A stretch of DNA of 61,643 nucleotides, the filler included, from Sphacelaria rigidula (lineage: Eukaryota): the NCBI GenBank assembly GCA_964200075.2. It is 9 parts of 9 records of this genome, joined end to end, with 100 filler letters (N's around TTAATTAATTAA, not from the genome) between each part and the next. Parts side by side here need not be neighbours in the genome. Positions count along the whole stretch, not along the records: positions 48,025 to 54,784 come from CAXNAA020018217.1; positions 54,885 to 61,643 come from CAXNAA020018218.1; 7 more parts are not named here. The stretch is one strand, 5' to 3'. A model generated the notes under the pieces. That model was not told the DNA's origin. It searched no databases and worked only from the letters and a program-made list of their open reading frames with translations. Each line of letters opens with the position of its first letter. Positions within the stretch are counted from its first letter, which is position 1. The position numbers and the translations under genes were made by a program. Positions 51,801 to 61,643 of the stretch are shown here, piece by piece.

Positions 51801-53100
51801 AGTGAACTGACGTGACAAACTGCCGAGGGCACACTGATACCCCGTTTCCTTCGTAACCCTGATTCCCCATGTGTTCACAAACCCAGTCGCAAGGCACCGC
51901 TACCTCTGTCTACTCTCTACATCTCTCACCATGAAACACGGTCGCTGGGACCGACCCAGGTAAAGGTGCCCCGATAAGCCCCACGGACCTAAAGGCCTCC
52001 GCAAATATCGTGTTTACGTCGCTACCCGCTTCTCCTGTCAATGTCGGCCCTGCCGGTGGGCAGAGCCCGCGCCCTCATCCGCTCCCGTTTCCTCTCCTGC
52101 CAGCGGCGCTACCCCCCCTTCCCCCGCCGCGCCCTCCGTAGCTGTGTGAATATCGTACTACCGGTGCCGGGGCGGGCGCCGATTGCTGGTGCTGGTGAGC
52201 AGGCAGTTGTTGCACTTGAGTTGGTGCCTGCTGTGCCGGGGTTGCCGGGGGCTGCGGGGGCGGGATCGGTGGTGGTGTCTTGGCCGGCGCCTGCCCGGAT
52301 GCCAGCGGGGACACGATATCATGAGAGAACTTGCAGTTGTTGCGCGTGCACGGTATGTTTTGCCAGTGGTCAACGCAAATGTCCTTTGGAGTCTGCTTCT
52401 GGACTTTCCGCCGAACGAAGGTCGACGGGGGTCCCGCCGGCGTGGTGATGCTCGAAGATGGGGGAGCTGGGGGGCATGCCTGCGACGTCGCTTTCCGTTT
52501 TTTGTTTGGCTTTGCCTCGCTGGTCGGCCAGAAAGCGGACGTCTCGACGAGGCAGTTGGGCCCGTCCTCGGTGACGAGGACTTCAAGTTTTGTAAAAGCC
52601 GGCGCCGCTACCAGCTCGTGCCTGAAGTGCCACCCGGTAGAAGAACTCCTCTATGCTGGTGTCCATGGCTGTTAGAAGCTTGTCGCGGATCGTCGCTCTA
52701 TGTGGGTACAGTGATGTGTAGTGGTAATCTGTATACTCCCTTACTTGCACACGTGGCCAACGGGGGCTCTGGAGGGTGGAATATCGGACCCTCCAGACAC
52801 TCTGCAAGGTACCTTGCCGTGGAGGGTCAGAAAGTTGACCTTGCCAGGGTATAGGTTGGAATCCATCTCAGGTTGCAGGCACGTTCAAGGCAGTTGTACC
52901 GTCGTAGTGGCCACTGGGGTGCCTGGCACATGCCTGAATCGATGTTCCAGACGTTTTGCAAGGAACGTTGTGTGACCTTGTGTGGCAAGGTCGGGAAGCT
53001 GACGTTGCCGGACCTTGCACGTGACGTTCCCGGGCCTTGCCGCACGTTGCCGAACGTTGAAGGCAGGTGTACAACTTATGGGCGCGACTCAACTTCGAAA
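48890..53100 (-). mobile_element. Ngaro/DIRS-like retrotransposon (gag with CCCH finger, RT, RNase H), decayed; tyrosine recombinase not seen
   Basis: RT (AKADVSDAFHNVRIDP...RLTFGWSGSPGFW...YVDDY), RNase H (YLSDASFEAVGGY...INLLELLG...DNVAAVTWVN...HIQGIPNVLADGILR) and ICVDHWQNIPCTRNNCKFSH (C-x8-C-x4-C-x3-H) at ~52321-52380. Several frameshifts; no DDE integrase. The 5' boundary is approximate. Confidence 0.85.
51115..51670. repeat. 27-bp tandem repeat array (~20 units) inside the retroelement ORF
   Basis: Unit GAAGGGGTAACTGGCCCCACGGTCACT; reads (GASYPFSDR/H)n on the minus strand. Confidence 0.92.
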
Positions 53101-53214
53101 TTCAAAAGATGAGGGCCGGGGGGGCGGGGGGGGGTCTACTCATAATTTTGCATGTCGTGGTGGGAGGTGAGGTGGGGGGGGGGGGGGATAGTCATGATTT
53201 CGCATGCCATAGTC

Positions 53215-54784
53215 ATATGAGCTGGGCAAGCGTTGGCACGGCTTAAAGTTCTTGAGGCGATGTATCATCGAGACAGCCCAATTGGGCCGTGATCTGCACA
53301 TTATATTAACCGTCGAATCAACTAAAAGGTGCCCATCTGCTGAAAAGTCTGGACCAACTTTTTTTCGTTGCCACACCCCGTGTATAGTAATTCCTATACC
53401 CTATGGAGATAGCATCCATACTACAGTCTGCATGAAACCCCGAACAATGCATTCAGCAGATGGCGACGAATTTTGGTGTGCACGTTCCCTGAAGCACAGG
53501 GAGACGAGAGATGCCCTCACACTTTGCGGAAATCGTTGTCTACCGCGAGATATGGCGCACATAATGTCCTTTACTAAAACCAAATTCACTAAATCTGGAT
53601 ATTGCGTCTCAGGTTTTGAGAGTGTTGCTTTAAAATTTTGTATGGAGAACCACTGGTGCATCATAAAATGAAAAATAATCAGCTTTTCCACTTTTTTCCT
53701 TTTATTTTATTTTTTCTCCCTACGAGCTGGGCCAGCCTAAAAAGGGATTCAAGCTCGCAGCGCAATATCTCATCGACATAGACGAGTTGGGGCATGATCC
53801 GCGTATCATATGAATCATCTAATCAAGGGGAAGGTGTCCATCTGCTCACAAATCTGGGCCAATTTTTACTCGTTGATGAAACCCCATGTCTAGTAATTCC
53901 TATACCGTACGGAGAGAGCGTCCACACTAAAATCTGTATGGAACTCCGAACGATGCATTCATGAGATGATGACAATTTTTGGTGTGGACCTTCCCTGGAG
54001 CACGGGGAGACGATAGATACCCTCACCTTCACCCAATTCAAAATCCATCTCGAGATATGGCGCACATGAGGTTCTACACTAAAATCAATGTATTAAGAGC
54101 AGGGGCACTAGATACCCTAAAATCTGGATATTGCGTCTCAGTTTTTGAGAGTTGTGCTATGAAATTTGGTATGGAGAACCAGTTTTTGAGAGTTGTGCTA
54201 GTGGATTATGAAATTAAAAAAAACAGCTTGTTATTCTTTTTCGTTTTTTTTCATTTCTTTTCGTGTTTTTAGGGGAGTTTTGAGGATAGATGAACATTCC
54301 TCTTGAGCCTTATCTGAATTTTTCAGCTCAGCTTTTAGAATTGTGATTTAAAGCTTAGCATGAAGAACGCCCGAACCTTTCCCCCTCCCCCCCAAAAACT
54401 GGGTCTTCATTTTTTTTCGGGGGGGAGGGGGGGGGAAAGGTGCGGGCGTTCTCGTCGAAAAGTAGTCGTTACCATACTCTAACGCCCTAAACCAGTGAAG
54501 AAGAAAAAAAATGACCCACTGAGTTGTGTTCATTATGCCCTAGCGAGGGCCCACACAATTTTTCGACGATACAAAAAAGCCAAACGTGGGCCGGTGAATG
54601 GCCCGCGAAATACTGTTCCGAATTTCTATCGACCCGGTTTTTGGAAGGTGAATGCGCCGGCCAATATTTAGAGTTGGAGCGTAAAATTTGGGATGGACAA
54701 TGCGTAAATAGGGCGTAATAGAACAAATGAAACAAGCACCAGAAGGCTTTTTGTATTTTTTCGTGAGTTAAGGGCAATAATCAG
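53215..54784 (+). repeat. Dispersed repeat family with an internal ~510-bp tandem duplication
   Basis: 53215-53700 and 53720-54250 are diverged direct copies, and both are homologous to 6075-6761. Confidence 0.85.
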
Positions 54785-54884
54785 NNNNNNNNNNNNNNNN
54801 NNNNNNNNNNNNNNNNNNNNNNNNNNNNTTAATTAATTAANNNNNNNNNNNNNNNNNNNNNNNNNNNNNNNNNNNNNNNNNNNN

Positions 54885-57800
54885 CCCCCCCCCCGTCTGC
54901 TCTTTGTGGAGGTTTCCGGGGCTTGCCCGGGGGCCCCCCCCCCCCCCCCCTTTGAAGTACACCATGAGGAAGACGCCCATCCAAACTGGAAACCAGGGGC
55001 GAGCCTAACACACCGGGGAGCCCATCCAAACCAGAACCATTGTGCCGTTCGAAGTCACGAAGCACGATACCACTCGCCCCAATAAAGTATACATCGACAT
55101 CGGCAGGGTCGATGATTTGGAATTACCCACTAACATCCTCCGGGCTATAGGCTGGCGGCAGACGGGACAACATGTCAGCGTTGGAATGAGAAACTCCCGG
55201 TTTGTAGGAACTTTGATACGTGTCACCGTTGAACCCGCGGCACCTTCTCTGCCAAGCTAAAAAGGCTGCGCAGAGGTTGGTGGTCACTATAAATTTGAAA
55301 AGGCACCCCATAGAACAACGGTCGATTTGTTTTCACGGCCCACACGATAGCACCCGCTTCCAACTCAGTGGCCGTCCAATTTATTTCATTCGGCGATGTG
55401 CTCTGGCTCAAGAAGCATAAAGGCCGCACGGCCCCGTCTGGTTGGCGCTGTTTTACCACCGCACCCAACCCTTGCTTGCTGGCGTCAGTGACTAGCATTA
55501 AAGGCCGGCCACCCGACGCAGCACCCTCATAGTCAGGAAAAGCGAGAACCTTAGTGCTAGACAAATCGTCCAGAATTTCGCGAACGGTCGCCGCGTTTTC
55601 CGGCGTGGAAACGAAATCCACTCCTTTTTTCAACAAGCCATTGATGGATTTAGTACGGGCGGTCATCTTGGGGATAAACTTCCGATAATAACTTAAATCC
55701 CCTAACAGCGACCGTAGCTCCCCGACATTTGTGGGCATAAGCATCAACCGAAACGCGTTCATTTTCTTGGAGCCAAGCGCAACGCCGCCAGCCGAAATGC
55801 GCTTTCCTCGGCGCCCCCAAGTGCGCTTTCCTCGGCGCCAGTTTCAAATTAAATTTGGTCAGACGCTCCAGAAAGGCAGCCAAATCGTTCACATGCTCAG
55901 CCCCGTCTTTGCTGAACGTACGGATATCGTCAATATACAACGGGCACCGTTCCAATCCTTCGCACACCCTCGCCAGGATAGATTGGAACCAACCTGGGCT
56001 CCCACTGCACCCCATAGTCATGACCAGCCAGTCGAACGAACCGGACTGGGTGCACACGGCAGTGAGGGGGATGGTGTCGGGACGGATCGAGATATTGAAA
56101 TAACCCGACAGAATATCCAAACACGTGAACATTTAGCACCTCCAATCTCATCCAAAAGTTGATCAATGGTAGGAATGGGCAAAACAGGGATGACGGTAGC
56201 TTGGTTGAGTTTGCGGTAGTTGCACATCAAACGAATACCCCCATCTCTCTTGTTCACGACCACCAACGGGGAACTCCAGTTGGAATAAGACCGTCGCAAC
56301 AACCCTCCAGCCAAACGTCTGTCAATTTCAACCTGCACGTTTTGTTGCAGGGCGGGATTGTGACGGTATGGCCGCTGCTTGATAGGAGTGGCCCCGGGTT
56401 TCAACTCAGTTTTGAAAGGGTTCACGGTGCAATACCCTAAATCTATCTTGTCCACCGAAACCCGGTGCGAGAATTTGGACAGAACATCCGCCAATTTGTC
56501 GATGTCATCCACCTGCCAGTATTTGTTCTCTAAACCGAACTTGGTACTACGCAAATGCACCGGGAGACGATCCCACAACCGCCCGAACGTCGCGCGTTTG
56601 TCCGCACATAAATCACCATACATCTCGTCAGGCGGAGCCGACACTTCCTCCTCGACCACAAACACGCCAGAGGGCAACGGGGTCGGCAATCTGGAGACAT
56701 GCGTATCATTCAGCGAACACGATGCCAGCAGCAGCCCTGCCCCACCCAATTTCAAACCTGGCGCGGCCACAACCCCCTCAAAATCCGTACACCGCAAAGG
56801 GATAGTTGAGTCGCCGGCATCCACCACAATTTCCAAGGGGAAACAACCCTTCTCGAAACTAATATAATAAGAGCCCTGCGGAGCAGGAGCCCCGCTCAGC
56901 GACTGCAGTGTGACGGGAACCCACGTCAACTCGTGCGTCACCACCAGATCGAACTCACCCGCAAACTTCACAACCACCTCCTCGCCTGAACTCGACGCTC
57001 GTTCAAGCATACCCACCGCGTTCTGGACCCAACGGTCAAACGAAGTGGGACCTGGCGATTGCAAGGCCCCCTCCAGCGACATGATCGTTCTCGAATCGCT
57101 GGCATCGCGATAGGATCGCACAGGAAGTTGAGTCAACCCATCGGGTCCCAACAGTAAGTCAAACGACATGGTACCGTCAGGCACGATATGCGCATCGACC
57201 GCCAAGCAGGTACTCGTGCCCGAGTTCCGACTTGCGCGTACCCTCAACAAAGCGAATATTCAAGCGCACCTGAGAACTAGTTTTCAGAGAAACACCATTA
57301 AATCCACCCCACGATACGGGATCAATGTCCCGCATCGCGTCACCAGAACCAGCCCCATGCTGCACCATGGACATCCATACCTTGTTCAGGATGAATGTCG
57401 CTCGGCTCCCACTGTCCAACAGCGCCGCACACCCCCACATCCGGGTTGCCTTCGGGCCGCGAAACACCTTAACCCCCGCCGTCTTTCGCACGCGGTCTAC
57501 CAGTACGTGCCCGCCGATCACCAAAATCACTTCCGGCAAGAACGCGCCCCGCCTGCCGCGTGGAATCTGACAAGGGATAGGAAGAGGGGTCGATGCGGGT
57601 GGTTCCTTCCATTGTAAGCGATTGCCAGATGAGTCGAGAGCATAAATGTGCTGTTCTACCGCCATCGGTGTACCGTCGCTCACATTACCAACAACAGGTC
57701 GAGCCCTGTGAGCATCCCCGGATGCCCCCGAGCGTGAGGAGACACTACTCAGTTCCAAAGGCTTGGGTACATCAACAAAGTTGCGTGGCATTGAGCCCGC

Positions 57801-60800
57801 AGGTGGCACCAAGCTATCATCCTCCGACAGTGCTTGAAGTTGGTCCTCCTTGGGAACCGGAATCCTAGTCGAGGAACGTCGGCCCAAACTAGAGCCACTC
57901 AAGTTTAGCTTCACGCCCGAGACAGCAGACCCTCCAATGGTAGCGTATTGCGACGTCCCCTTCACTGGATAGCAGCGCCGAGTGCCTCGTAGGCCCCGAG
58001 CGTCGCAACGCGGAATACCTCCCTCACCCTGGACGACTTCAACTGTCGGGATCTCCTTACCATGTGATGTATGCATCACACCAGGACCATCCAAATCCCT
58101 GGCGTCTGTCGGACGTGAGCAACGCCCACCGCGACAGCTGGCCTGCACAAGTGACTCATTTACCCGTGTACCTTCGCCACCTTGGAAGGAAAGCTTGTCT
58201 GGAGCGCAACGCCGGACCACACACCCCTTCCGTCGGTCTACACCCACCACACCAGAGCGCTGCGCAGTAGACGCAGTGCAAACTGGAGGAGCCACGCCCC
58301 CCCTGCTAAGGTCATGTAACGATTGATCAGATCCCACGGTTACCCCCAAAGCGGAAAGAACATCTCCACCTTTACCGACACCCCAGACAGATCGTACCCT
58401 GTCCCATTGCCAAAGTCCACTCTGTGCGGGAGGGAGATGACATAAATTTTGCCGTCTAAAGCAGGAACAGCCTGATGTGGAGCCAATGACACAGGCGACC
58501 GACCTTGTTGAGCTCGATGAGCATCATGATCAACCGAGGATTCGCTACATGAAACAGGGTGAGCCTGCTGCGGAACAATTTCCCCAGGTGACTGACCAGT
58601 TCGAGTTCGCCGAGCATCCTTGTTAACCAAAACATCACTACATGCAGCAGTCTGCTGTGAAGTAATTGACACAGGCGACTGACCGTTTCGAGCTCGACAA
58701 GCATCGTTATTACCTGGCGCCCGTGCTACCGGAAAGGCGGCCCCATCCTTACCGCCGCCCCCTCGTTCCTTGTAGGGGTAGTTTTCCGTAAAATAAGAGG
58801 GCAAACGGCGCTGCCACCGAGCCCATTTCTGGCGCACCTCCTCCGGGGTGCCTTCACCCATAGAGTGGTGTATGAGACCGGACTTGTTGATAAAACCTTC
58901 GGAGCAATCGCGAGCCAGGGTATGGTCAGCATTACCACAGTTTAAACAATACGGGCCAAAAGCTTGTCGAGCCATGCTTTTCAACTCACGGGTGGGAAAC
59001 GGTTCGTAGAACGGCGGGTCTTTCACCCTCCCAAAACGATCCCCGTTGCCCCGCCCCACCATGTACATATAAGCCATTTCCTGGTCTTCCCTGTCAAAGT
59101 TCCGCATGCGGGTAATACTCATGACCCCCCGAATGATCTACCCTTACCCCCTTTGGGCGGGTAGCGATTTCGAGCCCGCCCCCCCCCCCCCTTCAGGTCG
59201 GCCGCGGCCAGGGACGGGGGCGGGCGGGCGTGCAAAGNNNNNNNNNNGGTAATACCCCTCGCCCCCCGAATGCTCCCCCCTTTCCCCCTTGTGGCGGGTG
59301 GCGATTTCGCGCCCCCCCCCCCCCCGATGGTCCCAGCGCGAGGCGAGGTGCGTGCGCCCGCATCATGTCGGAGCGGAAATTGTCGAGTTTAGACATCAAG
59401 AGTTCAAGAGGGGCGAACGGCGTCGCATAGTCGTCCCGACCCGCAAGTACATGGCTACTTATACCAGGTAATCGGTTTTGGATTGCAGTTTTATTGGTTG
59501 ACTGCACCTGCGCTTGGTCGGGAGTAATCTCGGCACCCAGACATTGCACATTACTTACCAGCATGCGGAGGTTACGCAGGTAATCTGCGAGCACAATCCC
59601 CCCAGGCGCCCGGGAATTGATCAGTTCACGTAGTACCGCGTCGGGCGTCAGATTGCTCAGCTCTTTACCCGGCACCCGAACTAAGTAAGACAACGCATCG
59701 TGGCCTGAGGTGCCCTCTGCTTGAAGCCGGGACACAGAGCACATGACTTCAGCGATACGTGCGACAATATTCGATGCATCCGGCGCACTCACATGCATCG
59801 CCCGCTGCAAATGGTTTCGGAGTGTTGTTTCCCAACCGCGAGTCCATCTCGTCGGATGCTCGTCCCTAACAATAAGGCGCATCGCGACAACCGAATCTTT
59901 AACCCCTTCAATGACAGCCACCAAGTGTTGCATGTTATTGGTCGTGGATAAAGGCAACTTCGGCAGGTCCGCCAACGAATCCAGTTTAAGTTTAGCGTAG
60001 CACTGCACGATGTGCGATGAGCGAAGGGAAGGAAACACTTCGGTCGAACCTGCCGAAGCGGGAGCCGCGAGGCCCCCCCGCTCCTCGACACCCGTCCCAG
60101 AACCCCCCCCCCCGGGATCCACAATTATTTCTAATGGGGTACCCTCCCCACCCCTCACAGGTTCCGTGGAAAACGAACCCCTGACCTCCACACATTTGTT
60201 TGAAGGTCGACACGCCGGTCCGTCCGCAGGAGAATCCTACGCTGCCCGAGCGTCCGCGCAAGTCCGCACACCCGCAGGGAGCCCCGCCTGCCCCCCGAAC
60301 GCGTCATCAGCCTCTAGCCTAGCCAACACCCCTTAATCCCTCGCGTAGAGCTCGCGCTGGCACCTCTCCCAAGCGGTCAGAGGCAGGTACCGCGGGCAGG
60401 ACCCCTTGATGGCACGGTACCCCCGCAAGAAGGAAGCCAAAGCCGTCCCACGGGGGCACCGCGCGCGGCAATACGCCACGTCGTCCTCCGATGGCAACGC
60501 CAACTCCAACATGTCCCTACGGCCAAGGTCCGCCGCCTCCCGCTGCGTTGGGCCCCGCCCGCCCGCAGGAGAGGCGGCACGGCCCGCGGCAACGCGGCCG
60601 GCGGGCCGTCCCCCACCCGCAAACGTAGGAGGCGGCAGCACCTGCAACACCGCAGGCGCTGCCGCGCGGGACCCAGCGTGCAACTCATCCACACCTCTAG
60701 GCACGCCCCCTGCAGGAAGCCCCGAAGCCACGGGAGCAATCGGCACCGCGCCAACCCAGCCGAGCCGTGGGGGCCCCGGGCTGGAGGCGCCACCGCGGGT

Positions 60801-61369
60801 GTGAGCGGCGGAGATGCGCCGGGGGCCGCCGCCGGGACAGCCAAAGGCCCCGCCGGAGCAGGCACGGGCCCGGCCACGCCAATAACCGGCCGCGGGACAG
60901 CACACGACGCCCCGGTGGTAGTGAGGCACGCTGCGGCCTCCGCGGCACGCAGGGCCGCCAAACGGGGGGCCAGACGCCCGATCGCCTCTTCCCGACTCCC
61001 CCGGCAGGCCAGCAGTTCAACCTCCGCGTTTTGAACCACCACACGCGACCGCGCCAGAGCGTCCGCCGCTCGAGCTTTTGCCGCCTGAGCCTTGGCCAAA
61101 GCGCATCTAGCGGTCTCAACACCCGAATACGCGGCTTTCTCCTCCCCCTCGACCATGCCGTCCGCACGCGACGCGTCATCCCAGCCGAGTTTGGCCGACT
61201 GCGAAGCGTCCATGGCAGAGGAAAAGCCTGCAAGGGCCGCCTGCGCTAAGGCACGAGATTCATCCGGAGACGGGTCAGCCAACACTTCGTACCGCACCCC
61301 ACCTATCATCGGTTGGGCAACAGACCCTGTACCCTTCGACGCGTCAGCGTAAGACCGTGCGCCGTGCAC
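54885..61369 (-). mobile_element. Ty3/gypsy LTR retrotransposon (gag-protease-RT-RNase H), decayed, cut by the contig end before the integrase
   Basis: Zinc knuckle CLNCGNADHTLARDC; protease ALLDSGSRATFI; RT (PIKQRPYR...SNWSSPLVVV...CNYRKLN, LDILSGYF...MGCSGSPGWFQ...LYIDDI); RNase H (VTDASKQGLGAV...TELEAGAIVWAV...SDHQPL...YKPGVSHSNADMLSRLP). Frameshifts and stops throughout. Confidence 0.93.
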
Positions 61370-61410
61370 CCGCTGCCAACCCCCCGCTGGCTCGGTGAGC
61401 GAGCGCTAAA

Positions 61411-61643
61411 AGAAATAGGCGAGGTAGGAAGCTGTACAAATGGAGAATCGATAAACTAGATATGGAACAGAAACGGCAAGAGTTCCAAGAGAAGATGGCC
61501 AAGAGTGCAGTGAAGTTTTCCGAGCTGTTGGAACGCGTGGGTAGATTTGATACCGAAATGAAAAAAAATCTGGTAGGAGCGAAGATTGTAGAGGGATGGG
61601 AGCAGCTGGTCGAGAAGACAACGAGTGAAGTCATAGAGAAGAA
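61411..61643 (+). mobile_element. LINE ORF2-like fragment (endonuclease-RT linker)
   Basis: Open frame RGRKLYKWRIDKLDMEQKRQEFQEKM...EGWEQLVEKTTSEVIEK resembles the 'W...KL....F.....W...V......V' linker of LINE ORF2; runs off the window. Confidence 0.55.

Overview
This window is not a contiguous locus. It is nine separate eukaryotic contigs of about 6.76 kb each, joined by ~100-nt artificial spacers (N-run + TTAATTAATTAA + N-run), so adjacency across a spacer carries no biological meaning. The GT-AG introns of 0.2-3 kb, (CAA)n/(GT)n microsatellites, TTAGGG repeats, a POMP-repeat exon and the transposon content fit a stramenopile, most likely a brown alga (inference). Host gene fragments recognised: an ABCG transporter (3 exons, -), site-1 protease/MBTPS1 (2 exons, -), one 81-nt POMP/adhesin-repeat exon (+), a hypothetical protein (-), an ArfGAP of SMAP/AGD type (5 exons, -) and CDC48/p97 D2-domain exons (3, +). 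The rest is mainly mobile DNA: two decayed Ty1/copia elements, a decayed Ty3/gypsy element with a long gag, an Ngaro/DIRS-like retroelement with a CCCH finger and a 27-bp coding repeat array, a hAT remnant, a LINE ORF2 fragment, foldback/MITE palindromes, CAC-ended elements filled with palindromic repeats, and several dispersed repeat families. I found no convincing new multi-gene system. The most interesting leads are the Arg-to-His change in the CDC48 D2 arginine-finger motif, the symmetric POMP exon flanked by direct repeats and hairpins, the CAC-ended palindrome-array elements, and the inverted repeats bracketing a CDC48 exon.
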